A stretch of DNA of 47,372 bases from contig CAZBUZ010000002.1 in the NCBI GenBank assembly GCA_964495205.1, forward strand, positions 1 through 47,372, read 5' to 3'. The notes beneath the pieces are model-generated. The model was not told where the DNA came from. It ran no database searches and saw nothing but the letters and a program-made list of their open reading frames with translations. This stretch comes from an uncultured Pseudomonadota bacterium (GTDB lineage Bacteria > Babelota > Babeliae > Babelales > RVW-14). Position numbers and translations under genes: made by a program. Within the stretch, counting starts at the first letter, position 1, and every line of letters begins with the position of its first letter. Shown here one piece after another: positions 1 to 7,856 of this stretch.

Positions 1-349
1 GATGGCGTTGTTTCATCCAGGGGTCTGGGTGAAAAATAAAGATATTATCGATGGAGTGGTCATCAAACATGTCTTCAAGGCTCATGTGTCCGTTGCCATG
101 GAGTGCTAGAACATTAGTTAGTTGGCGTGCGTCAATTTTTTCTTGCATGAGGTCGACGGCCTTTTTTCTTACTTCAGCTCCCACGATGAGTCGTGACGGT
201 TGCTGCTTGGCGTAATCGAGAATAAATGATTCTTGCCCAAAGCCAACTTCAAAATCAATGCCATTATAGTGCGTGGTATCGCAATATTCATTGAGTTTGT
301 TAAATCGTTGACGATAACTTAATGGATTAGTATGGGTGCGTATGCGCAT
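1..349 (-). CDS. trmB: tRNA (guanine-N7)-methyltransferase TrmB, N-terminal part; the gene runs off the left edge
   Basis: Absent from the ORF track because there is no stop in the window. Hand translation of the reverse strand from the ATG at 349-347 gives MRIRTHTNPLSYRQRFNKLNEYCDTTHYNGIDFEVGFGQESFILDYAKQQPSRLIVGAEVRKKAV...IFIFHPDPWMKQRH. The E-x-GFG SAM loop and the xPDPW-K-x-RH motif are TrmB hallmarks. Confidence 0.75.
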   Translation of the reverse strand, partial: MRIRTHTNPLSYRQRFNKLNEYCDTTHYNGIDFEVGFGQESFILDYAKQQPSRLIVGAEVRKKAVDLMQEKIDARQLTNVLALHGNGHMSLEDMFDDHSIDNIFIFHPDPWMKQRH

Positions 350-478
350 GGGCTGCCTTCTTTTAATATTTTCTTGATTATAAAGCCCATATCCTAGCAG
401 CTTTTTGTGGCTTTGTGGATAAAAATCGTGGGTTTGATAAACTAAAAAACAAAATAGAATGGTAAAAAATGAGGATAT

Positions 479-1231
479 ATGCCTATTAAAAATCTTGAAA
501 CGATAGCCCATCTTGAATGTCTTCTTGGACAGGATTCTTCTCAAACCCTGCTGCTTTTTGATGTGGGGGATGTTTTATTGATCCCAGAAGGGGCCTTGCT
601 GCAAGGCGAAGTTAAAGCTGAGCGAGAGAAATTGCGCAAAGAGTTCCTAGCTTCACAGGGAGAGGAGCGTCATCGGCAGCTATGGAGCCGTATTTTAATC
701 AATGAAAAACGACGTTTGGTGGAGCAGCAGACCCCATTCGTTATCAAAAAACTACAAAGCAATGGTGTTAAGGTTATGGCGCTTACAGCGCTCCAAACGG
801 GACCTTTTGGTGATATTGAAAATATGGAAGATTGGCGGTTGGCTCATTTGGCCGCTTATGACATACATTTTACTCAGGATTTTGTTGCAGCAGAACATTT
901 TGTTCTTGATGAGTTGCGCCAAGAAGGCTTTAGCCCGGTGTACAAACGCGGTGCTTTGTTTACCTATAAACAACCAAAAGGACAGGCATTGACCGCCTTT
1001 TTAAATCGTATTGATTGGCGGCCGCAGCATATTGCTTTTGTTGATGACAAGATGCCAAACATTGAGGATGTAGCAGCGGCAGCTGAAGCATTGATGATTC
1101 CATTTACCGGGTTGCATTATCAGGTTGCTCAAAAGTTAACCAAGCCTTTGGATGAGGTTATTACTGTAAAGCGCATTAAGCATTTGGTTGATCAAGGTGT
1201 GTGGTTACGCGAAGATGAGATCGATCGCTAG
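479..1231 (+). CDS. HAD-superfamily-like protein of unknown function with a degenerate motif I
   Basis: 250-aa ORF with GAGGA just upstream of the ATG. LLLFDVGDVLL resembles HAD motif I (DxDxT/V) but has Gly where the second Asp should be. ALTAL, YKRG and AFVDDK fit motifs II-IV. Confidence 0.6.
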   Translation: MPIKNLETIAHLECLLGQDSSQTLLLFDVGDVLLIPEGALLQGEVKAEREKLRKEFLASQGEERHRQLWSRILINEKRRLVEQQTPFVIKKLQSNGVKVMALTALQTGPFGDIENMEDWRLAHLAAYDIHFTQDFVAAEHFVLDELRQEGFSPVYKRGALFTYKQPKGQALTAFLNRIDWRPQHIAFVDDKMPNIEDVAAAAEALMIPFTGLHYQVAQKLTKPLDEVITVKRIKHLVDQGVWLREDEIDR

Positions 1232-1254
1232 CTAGGAAGAAAAGGAGCTGAGGA

Positions 1255-1359
1255 ATGAAGATCACCTTTCTCGGTACGCGAGCCAATATTAAACCGCGTA
1301 CTGATGAGCATATGCGTAATGCCGCATGCCTAATCTCATATCGCGATTGTTGCCCGTGA
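1255..1359 (+). pseudogene. Short remnant resembling the N-terminus of an MBL-fold metallo-hydrolase
   Basis: AAAGGAG SD at 1241-1247, then ATG at 1255. The frame encodes MKITFLGTRANIKPRTDEHMRNAACLISYRDCCP and stops at TGA 1357-1359. It continues in the same frame as WDGCGGLIFI before a second stop. The MKxTFLGTRG...SYRG...(M)IDCG pattern is what I recall for the N-termini of one MBL-fold hydrolase family. There is no room for the rest of the roughly 250-aa domain before the next gene. Confidence 0.35.
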
Positions 1360-1456
1360 TGGGATGGTTGTGGTGGTTTGATTTTTATTTGATATGACTT
1401 AAACGAGAATCTCCTCATAAAAAACTAAAAAAATAATCAAATAGATGAGATGTAAC

Positions 1457-1648
1457 ATGGCTAAAACATATCATAAAATTAAACAGCTGATCCCAATCGG
1501 TGATGAATGGGGTATAGAATTTGATGAAGAGTTAATGGAAGGTCTTGGCGTTGATGGTGATTCTGAATTTGAGCTAACTATTGAAGACAAATCAATGGTT
1601 ATCCGTCCTGTGCCTAAGGTTGATCAACCAGTCCCTTCAAAACCCTAG
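1457..1648 (+). CDS. Small AbrB/MazE/SpoVT-like (swapped-hairpin) DNA-binding protein with no cognate toxin gene nearby
   Basis: The ORF track gives 1445-1648; the internal ATG at 1457 yields MAKTYHKIKQLIPIGDEWGIEFDEELMEGLGVDGDSEFELTIEDKSMVIRPV. The pattern of a lone small protein with I-P-x-x-...-LG-x-x-xGD-x-x-E-x-x-x-xD-x-x-x-I-x-P is typical of SpoVT/AbrB domains. The 3' end overlaps the convergent LigD-Pol gene by 35 nt. Confidence 0.55.
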   Translation: MAKTYHKIKQLIPIGDEWGIEFDEELMEGLGVDGDSEFELTIEDKSMVIRPVPKVDQPVPSKP

Positions 1649-2528
1649 TCAGTGATACAGAAGAGCGCTGATAGTCTGATAATGGATCACCCACTTTATC
1701 CAATCGGTTTTCAATATTTGTTATCGTAAATTTTTGAGATGACGAAAGTGACGCACTTTCTACTTCTTCCCAGGTTACGGGTGCGGCGACAGGCGCTCCT
1801 GTATGAGCGCGGACCCCATAAGGAGCTACGGTGGTTTGTGCCCAAGCATTGCGCGTAAAATCAATAAACAGACGTCCATTGCGTTTTTCCAAGCGGATTT
1901 CGGTGGTGAGTTGTTCTCCTCCCTCAAGTTCAACCAAGCGTTCGGCAAGGGCTCGTGCACAGGCGCGGACGGCATCAAAATCGTGGCGCCGATTAAGTGG
2001 GACGATGACATGTATGCCGCGGGAACCGGTGAGCATTGGCCATGACGGTAGACCAAAGATCTCGAGTAGTTCGCGCAATGCGAGCGCGGTTCGACGAACC
2101 ACGGTAAAGTCTTTTTTTCCTGGATCGAGATCAAAAATCATTTTATCAGGATAATTGAGTTTTGGTGTGCGTGATAGCCAAATATGCGGGGTGATGCATG
2201 CCTGGTTGGTGAGATATACAAGCGTAGCGGCATTATTGCAGATGACGTACGTATTGTGCCCATCTTCTTGTTTTGATATTTCTATGCGTTTAATCCAGTC
2301 AGGGAAATAGTTACTAATATCTTTTTGATAAAATCCATCCTCTTTGATGCCGTCTGGAAAACGATGCATGGTGACAGGGCGGTCCTTCATATGCGGCAGC
2401 ATGACGGGTGCGATGGTTGCATAGTACTGAATAAGGTCGTTTTTTGTTATTTTGTTTTGGGGAAATAGTACTTTATCTTTATTGGTGATTTCAACATTGC
2501 GACGACCAACTTTAATTGAGGTGCTCAT
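1614..2528 (-). CDS. Stand-alone LigD polymerase (AEP primase-polymerase) domain protein
   Basis: 304 aa. [12 protein letters not shown]...[16 protein letters not shown]...[13 protein letters not shown] and [13 protein letters not shown] match the LigD-Pol/PolDom motifs (DxD metal site, SGxxGxH). GAGGAGG SD is present, and the start overlaps the upstream PE gene stop as ATGA. Confidence 0.85.
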   Translation of the reverse strand: MSTSIKVGRRNVEITNKDKVLFPQNKITKNDLIQYYATIAPVMLPHMKDRPVTMHRFPDGIKEDGFYQKDISNYFPDWIKRIEISKQEDGHNTYVICNNAATLVYLTNQACITPHIWLSRTPKLNYPDKMIFDLDPGKKDFTVVRRTALALRELLEIFGLPSWPMLTGSRGIHVIVPLNRRHDFDAVRACARALAERLVELEGGEQLTTEIRLEKRNGRLFIDFTRNAWAQTTVAPYGVRAHTGAPVAAPVTWEEVESASLSSSQKFTITNIENRLDKVGDPLSDYQRSSVSLTRVLKGLVDQP

Positions 2529-3127
2529 GATTCTTCCTCCTCGATTTCTTTCATTGTTCGGTCTGTCAATGCTGATTTATCATCTTTAAGGATGTTGCGT
2601 CGTCGATCTGCTTGCTCGTCATCCATTTTTATGAGCAACCAGCCTTCATCTTCCTTTAGTTTGGTACGAATGAGGGCATAGCCTCCTTTAAGCTTTTTTC
2701 CCTCCAGCCAGACCTCAATTTTGCCATCTTTGAGGCATTTATCCATGGGGATTACTTCATCCTTCTTTTTCTTTATGTTTTTGTAGGTGCCGGTATCCCA
2801 GACCATGACGGTGCCGGCGCCATAGTTATCCGGTGGGATAACGCCTTCAAATTTAGCGTATTCGAGTGGATGATCATCTGTGGGAACGGCGAGATGTTTG
2901 GTTGCAGGATCGGTTGATGGGCCCTTAGGTACCGCCCACGATTTGAGTACACCATCGACTTCTAAGCGAAAATCGTAATGCAGGTGGCTTGCGTCGTGCT
3001 TTTGGATAACAAAAATTGGCTTTTTTGATGATTTTTTATGATTAGATTTGACTTTTGGTTCTGGGCTTTTATCAAGATAGCGTCGTTTTCGGTAGGATTT
3101 GAGGGGATCTGTTTTATGGGTGGGCAT
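2525..3127 (-). CDS. Stand-alone LigD 3'-phosphoesterase (PE) domain protein
   Basis: [36 protein letters not shown]...[14 protein letters not shown]...[14 protein letters not shown] is the canonical LigD-PE signature. The ORF track extends to a TTG at 3148, but the ATG at 3127 follows an AAAGGA SD, so that start is preferred. Confidence 0.85.
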   Translation of the reverse strand: MPTHKTDPLKSYRKRRYLDKSPEPKVKSNHKKSSKKPIFVIQKHDASHLHYDFRLEVDGVLKSWAVPKGPSTDPATKHLAVPTDDHPLEYAKFEGVIPPDNYGAGTVMVWDTGTYKNIKKKKDEVIPMDKCLKDGKIEVWLEGKKLKGGYALIRTKLKEDEGWLLIKMDDEQADRRRNILKDDKSALTDRTMKEIEEEES

Positions 3128-3408
3128 GAATTGTCCTTTCGTTTGCAATGGTGGGTATGAGTATGAGTATCGGCTGAGTGGTAACGCATTTGTTGATTCT
3201 TATTTTATTGAGCATAATGATAAAACCTAATCGATTCAAATATGGTAAAAATAGACCGAAAACGATCTTTAATCTGTACTTTTTCCCCAAAAAAGCAGTT
3301 TTTACGATTAACGGTAAAATTATTTGGCAAAGCACCGCGCAGAATATTTACAAACTGAAAAAAAACTGATAGAGTGATAGATAAGTGGTCAGGTCTGAAA
3401 ATTTTAAA

Positions 3409-4353
3409 ATGAGGGGTTTTGTGAAAAATATAATAAAATCGATTTTTACTTGCCTATTAATTGGCGTTTCTATCCCTTCCTTTGTTGAGGCTTCTGCAGA
3501 ACGATTCGACGAAGAGCTTTGTGTAGATGGAAGCATTCTTGCTGATAGCAGTGGTATGGCGATGACCAAAATGTCATATTGGTTGCATCCAGATATGTTG
3601 CTTCCTGTTATGGGGCTTACCGTGCCTAATGGTACTTGTGGTTTATACGCGCAAATTCCTGCTATAGGCGTTTATTATGGCGAAGGTTATAATTTTAGAA
3701 ATCGTAAAGGTATCATTCGAATGCATAATAACATGCTCGTTCACGCGCCAGCTCCATTGATCGCGGCTGTAAAAACGCAGCTTGGACGAGGCACTGATGC
3801 TCGTGATTTGCATACGGTTCTTGCTGACGCAGGGGTTACGTGTGATTTTTATACGGTGGTAACGGGTTTGGTTGAAGACTCGTCAAGAGATGCTGCAGAT
3901 AATACTTATAACATGGTTTATCATGGCTTTTTATCACAAAATCATACAACTGGTTTTTTTCAAGAAAACGTGCAGATGGGAATATTTAATCCTCAGGGGA
4001 TTGAGGTTGCGGCACGAGCGCCAATAGCTTTTGGTTCTTTACGCGCTGAAGATGTTAATTTTCATGCGGGGCCTTGTTGTTCTCCCAATAATGCCTGCTT
4101 TAAAGTATCAAACGGCTACAACGTTTCAAGCTTTTGGAGTGTGGCCGTATCACCAGATAATCATCGTGTTGCTATAACCTATCATTTGCTGATGAATACA
4201 GCGGCCATGGAAGAGGACATTGTGGATGTTTTAAGGTGTGGTAACTACGATACAATGTTGCGCAGTCTTGCTTTTTTTGCAGATGCACAAGCAACAAATG
4301 ATCAAACAGTTTTAAGTGGTTTTGTTGCAACCTTGCGTACCATGGATCGTTAA
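3409..4353 (+). CDS. Exported protein of unknown function
   Basis: The ORF track gives 3385-4353. The ATG at 3409 gives MRGFVKNIIKSIFTCLLIGVSIPSFVEASA, a signal-peptide-like N-terminus. I recognise no motif. A strong terminator follows. Confidence 0.6.
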   Translation: MRGFVKNIIKSIFTCLLIGVSIPSFVEASAERFDEELCVDGSILADSSGMAMTKMSYWLHPDMLLPVMGLTVPNGTCGLYAQIPAIGVYYGEGYNFRNRKGIIRMHNNMLVHAPAPLIAAVKTQLGRGTDARDLHTVLADAGVTCDFYTVVTGLVEDSSRDAADNTYNMVYHGFLSQNHTTGFFQENVQMGIFNPQGIEVAARAPIAFGSLRAEDVNFHAGPCCSPNNACFKVSNGYNVSSFWSVAVSPDNHRVAITYHLLMNTAAMEEDIVDVLRCGNYDTMLRSLAFFADAQATNDQTVLSGFVATLRTMDR

Positions 4354-4371
4354 TAAAAAGATTTTAAAAAC

Positions 4372-4407
4372 AAAAAAAGAGCCGCTGAAACCAGCGGCTC
4401 TTTTTTT
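4372..4407. terminator. Bidirectional rho-independent terminator between convergent genes
   Basis: A7-AGAGCCGCTG-aaac-CAGCGGCTCT-T7: a perfect 10-bp GC-rich stem flanked by an A-run and a T-run. Confidence 0.85.
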
Positions 4408-5320
4408 ATTGTCGTCCAAATCGTGCATATAAACTGCACGGTACATTTCTATTTCCAGCTTGTTCTTGGAGATGAAGTTCGCCGAATTCAATTGTTTTGC
4501 TTGGGTAAAAATCAGCAAGAAGGTTTTTGAGTACCGTGGCGCTATAGCCCATGCTATACCCGTTGAAGATGACAAAGAGTGGATCTTGTACGAGTACTCG
4601 TTTGCATAAGCCGAGCAACTTGATGATTTGTTTTTCAAACTCGAAAACTTTGCCTTTTTGATCGCGACCAAATGCTGGCGGGTCCATGATCAACGCATCA
4701 TAGCGGACACCGCGACGGATTTCGCGGCCGACAAAATCAGCGCAATCATCAACGATCCATCGGATGGATGCGCCGGTCAGATTACTCAAAGCTTGATTTT
4801 TTCGTGCCCATGAGACTGCCGCTTGAGAAGCATCAACATGACATACCGATGCTCCAGCAGCGGCCGCTGCGAGGGTTGCTCCGCCCGTATAGCCAAAAAG
4901 ATTGAGCACGTTGGGGGGGGTATCCGTAGCACAAATTCTTTTCATGATCCATTCCCAGTTGGTTGCTTGTTCGGGAAAGATTCCTATGTTCTTGCTGGAT
5001 GGCGAGAGTCGGAGTGAGAAAACGAGTTTCTGATCACACAATCCTTCCTTGGCGCCGGTATCAAAGGTGAAGGTCCATGGTTCTTTAAAATTTTTCTTTT
5101 TTTTCCATTGGAGTTTTCCATCGGTGCCTTTATCAAGCGTTGCATCGACATGATCCCAGGTAGCACCTTCCGTTCTGGGTTGCCAGATGCAATTACTGTC
5201 TGGACGTATAATAACATTTCCTCCAAAACGTTCTACTTTTAATCCGTTGCCTGAATCAAGAAGCTGATAATGTTTGCTGCTAGATGGAACGAGATTGGTG
5301 TGTTCTGTTTTATGTTTCAT
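4406..5320 (-). CDS. Class I SAM-dependent methyltransferase (RlmI/PF10672-like, no PUA domain)
   Basis: 304 aa. LNLFGYTGGATLAAAAAGA (SAM-binding G-loop), CHVDAS and YDALIMDPPAFGR (the DPP(A/S)F catalytic motif of this rRNA-MTase-like family). It begins 9 nt downstream of the recombinase gene, so the two are probably co-transcribed. Confidence 0.7.
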   Translation of the reverse strand: MKHKTEHTNLVPSSSKHYQLLDSGNGLKVERFGGNVIIRPDSNCIWQPRTEGATWDHVDATLDKGTDGKLQWKKKKNFKEPWTFTFDTGAKEGLCDQKLVFSLRLSPSSKNIGIFPEQATNWEWIMKRICATDTPPNVLNLFGYTGGATLAAAAAGASVCHVDASQAAVSWARKNQALSNLTGASIRWIVDDCADFVGREIRRGVRYDALIMDPPAFGRDQKGKVFEFEKQIIKLLGLCKRVLVQDPLFVIFNGYSMGYSATVLKNLLADFYPSKTIEFGELHLQEQAGNRNVPCSLYARFGRQ

Positions 5321-5329
5321 GATATTGTC

Positions 5330-6265
5330 TTATTCCTCATTGATATCGAGTTTAAATTTGTTTAACGGATGTTTTTCATCGCACATGCGCGCCAAGTGTT
5401 GGCTTGAGATATGCGTGTAAATTTCTGTTGTTGCAATTGTTTTGTGCCCCAAGAGTTCTTGAATAATGCGTAAGTCGGTTCCTTCGTTTAGCAAGTGCGT
5501 GGCGAAGGAGTGGCGGATTTTGTGTGGTGTTAACTTGCGCTGTACCTTTAAAAACCGACGATACATCTCAAAGATACGTTGTACTGATCGAACCGTCAAG
5601 GGCCCGCCCGTCCGATTAAGAAAAAGGTGTAATTCTTTGGTATTTTTGAGCATTCCAGAGCGTTCTTTTTCTAGGTACGAGATAATGCTTTGTTTTGCTT
5701 TGTCGCCGAACAGGACGATTCGTTCTTTGCGCCCTTTGCCAAATATTTTGATGACTTTCTCATCAAAATTGATGTCCGTAAGCTTAATGCCCACTAATTC
5801 GGAGCAACGGACGCCTGTTGCATACAAAAGCTCAAAAATAGCTTTGTCACGGTAAGGTAGCTTAGATGGAAGATGTTCTGGGCCAAGGTTGTCTAAAAGA
5901 TAGAAAATTTCATCAACGGTAAGGGTTGTTGGGAGCTTTTTATCCAGCCGTGGTGATTTTATATCCAGATGGAGTGATATGCCTCGATTTAGCAAGAAGC
6001 GTTGCAATGAACGTAAACAAGAAAATTTACGGGCGAGTGAGGTTTTTGTTATTTTTTGGTAGTACAGTGAAACAATATAGCGACGGATAACGCGGTGGCA
6101 TTCATGTTTGGTTTTTGGTTCGTGCTTGATCAATTGTTCCCAAAAAGCGGTGAGTAATTTGAGGTCTCCATTGTAGGCTCGGAGGGTATTGGGAGCGACA
6201 TTTTTTTCAATAGACAAAAATGCAATAAAGTCTTTAATATGATTTTTAAATTGTTCTAGATCCAC
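5330..6265 (-). CDS. xerC: Tyrosine site-specific recombinase, XerC/XerD type
   Basis: N-terminal SAM-like domain (FIAFLSIEKNVAPNTLRAYNGDL). C-terminal catalytic residues are ATGVRCSEL, HKIRHSFATHLL, LGHKTIATTEIYTH (R..HxxR..H..Y). The ORF track extends to a TTG at 6304, but a GTG at 6265 preceded by AAGGA gives the usual N-terminal length. I cannot decide between xerC and xerD. Confidence 0.8.
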   Translation of the reverse strand: MDLEQFKNHIKDFIAFLSIEKNVAPNTLRAYNGDLKLLTAFWEQLIKHEPKTKHECHRVIRRYIVSLYYQKITKTSLARKFSCLRSLQRFLLNRGISLHLDIKSPRLDKKLPTTLTVDEIFYLLDNLGPEHLPSKLPYRDKAIFELLYATGVRCSELVGIKLTDINFDEKVIKIFGKGRKERIVLFGDKAKQSIISYLEKERSGMLKNTKELHLFLNRTGGPLTVRSVQRIFEMYRRFLKVQRKLTPHKIRHSFATHLLNEGTDLRIIQELLGHKTIATTEIYTHISSQHLARMCDEKHPLNKFKLDINEE

Positions 6266-6381
6266 CTGTGTTATCCTTCTTAAGAGCAACCAAACCGCGC
6301 ACAATGACTAACAAGATACTTTGGTTTATACCGAGAGGTCAACATAATTTGTAAAAGAGGCCGCTATTAAGAGGTTTTTCC

Positions 6382-7185
6382 ATGCTAAAAACACAAGACG
6401 TTATTATTGCAATGACTGATAACATGTATGTGCAGATGACCTATTTTGCACGGCAACTATCTGGTCACGAGGTTTTTGATTTATCTGATATGACAATTGT
6501 GACTTCTCCTTTGGCGAATAATACGTTCAATTGCGTTTTGCAAGCTCGGCTGTTAGCTGATAACGTTGACCAGCGCATAGAAGAGGTTAAACAGTTTTAT
6601 GAGCAACGAGCCGTTCCCTTTGCCTGGTGGGTAGGAACGCTTGATATGCCGCGTGATTTGCCTGTTCTTTTAACGCAGCATGGCTTTGAGCATGATGAAC
6701 AAGAATTGGGTATGGTTTTGCCTCTGGCTGTCTATGAACCGGTATCTTCTGGTCCATTAATTATTGAACGAGTGCTTGATAGGTCCACTTTGTCTTTATT
6801 TGATCGGGTACATGTTATCTGTGGTTTTACGCAGGATGCATTTGAAAAGCGCTTTGGCTTGCTTAATCCTGTATGCTATGGTGAAGGTTCATCGATTGAA
6901 CTTTACATTGGGTGTATAGGCGATGAGGTCGCAGTAACCGGCATGCTCGTATTACACGCCGGTGTTGCGGGTATTTATTATATTGCAACGGTTCCTGATC
7001 AGCGTCGCAAAGGGTATGGAACGGCAATGATGCATTCATTACTAACGCGAGCAAAAATGCAAGGATATGCTTATGCGGTTTTGCAAGCTTCAGCGATGGG
7101 GGCGCCGGTGTATAAACGGTTGGGGTTTGAGTGTATCGGTATCTTTGATGTGTTTTGTTACCCTAAAACAGTCAATGCTGCTTGA
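6382..7185 (+). CDS. GNAT-family N-acetyltransferase
   Basis: 267 aa. The C-terminal IATVPDQRRKGYGTAMMHSLL carries the acetyl-CoA motif A (Q/R-x-x-G-x-G/A). The substrate is unknown. Confidence 0.7.
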   Translation: MLKTQDVIIAMTDNMYVQMTYFARQLSGHEVFDLSDMTIVTSPLANNTFNCVLQARLLADNVDQRIEEVKQFYEQRAVPFAWWVGTLDMPRDLPVLLTQHGFEHDEQELGMVLPLAVYEPVSSGPLIIERVLDRSTLSLFDRVHVICGFTQDAFEKRFGLLNPVCYGEGSSIELYIGCIGDEVAVTGMLVLHAGVAGIYYIATVPDQRRKGYGTAMMHSLLTRAKMQGYAYAVLQASAMGAPVYKRLGFECIGIFDVFCYPKTVNAA

Positions 7186-7727
7186 TATTTTTCTTTAACC
7201 ATTGCTTGTGCATCAGGGCATAATTTTTTCCAGGTGCGTTCAAGTTTACATCTGACCCAGATCCGTCCAGCTTCTATGCCCATGCCTTGTTCTTTATAAG
7301 CAGCGTAAAGCAGTGAGATAACCTGATCAATGTGTGCCATGCCATCAGCACTGGCAACGCATTGGGCTTCTGGGGTTGTTTTTTCTTGCGGTTTGCTGGC
7401 GCGGTGGCTGATGATACATTGCTGGACAGCTTCAATTTTGTGTAAAGGATAACCATGTTCGGTTAAAATCTTTCCTGCAAGTTGAGCACCAATGATGTGA
7501 TGATCTTCGACAAAGTCTTTGCTTTTTATTGAGGCATAATCGTGTAAAATTGAGGCAATTTCTGTAATTTCCATATCGGCGCCAATGCGGTCAGCGAGAA
7601 GTTTGGCATACCTCACCACATGTACGATGTGATGTGTCCAGATGCCGTAGCCATGCATATTGGCAGGTTGTTTGCATGCTTCTTCGACCATGGCGTTGAG
7701 TTCTGTGATGAGCTGTGATGATTTCAT
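7158..7727 (-). CDS. HD-domain metal-dependent phosphohydrolase
   Basis: 189 aa. It shows the H...HD...D pattern (WTHHIVHVV, ILHDYASI, ISHR, ASADGMAHID). The 3' end overlaps the GNAT gene by 28 nt. Confidence 0.7.
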   Translation of the reverse strand: MKSSQLITELNAMVEEACKQPANMHGYGIWTHHIVHVVRYAKLLADRIGADMEITEIASILHDYASIKSKDFVEDHHIIGAQLAGKILTEHGYPLHKIEAVQQCIISHRASKPQEKTTPEAQCVASADGMAHIDQVISLLYAAYKEQGMGIEAGRIWVRCKLERTWKKLCPDAQAMVKEKYQAALTVLG

Positions 7728-7755
7728 GCTAAATGTCCTAATATTAAGGTGGAAT

Positions 7756-7782
7756 TTGCTTATTTGATGATAGTGTTATAAT
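7756..7782 (+). promoter_or_regulatory. Sigma70-like promoter with extended -10, upstream of the threonine aldolase gene
   Basis: TTGCTT (7756-7761), a 15-nt spacer, then TGT-TATAAT (7774-7782). Its position argues for the ATG at 7857 rather than the GTG at 7785 as the start codon. Confidence 0.45.
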
Positions 7783-7856
7783 GGGTGCCAAGAACTATAA
7801 CAGGCTTGGCGATAAGCGTCAATGACCAGATTGGTTGGGCGAGGCGAAAGGTCGAT

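Noticed and set aside
1255-1359. The in-frame TGA, considered as evidence for an alternative genetic code (TGA read as Trp or Gly) or selenocysteine.
   Set aside because: TGA terminates well-supported genes here (gltX2 at 24268-24270 and trpS at 38985-38987). Long genes such as dnaE have no internal TGA. The frame also stops again 11 codons later, and I see no SECIS-like hairpin.
1445-2528. The AbrB-like gene plus its neighbour, considered as a type II toxin-antitoxin pair.
   Set aside because: The neighbouring gene is on the opposite strand and is clearly LigD-Pol. No PIN, MazF, Doc or RelE-like ORF lies adjacent, so only an orphan AbrB-fold protein can be supported.
4378-4401. The two bidirectional terminators (4378-4401 and 18167-18200) share the stem core GCCGCTG...CAGCGGC, which might indicate a dispersed REP-like element.
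   Set aside because: Only 7 bp are shared, and the loops and flanks differ. GC-rich stems of this length can coincide by chance. Genome-wide counting would be needed before calling it a repeat family.
5330-6304. The tyrosine recombinase, considered as the integrase of an integrated mobile element carrying the LigD genes.
   Set aside because: Its XerC/XerD-type N-terminal domain, operon linkage with a housekeeping-type methyltransferase, and the absence of any tRNA gene, flanking direct repeats or phage/plasmid genes nearby all favour a chromosomal dimer-resolution recombinase.
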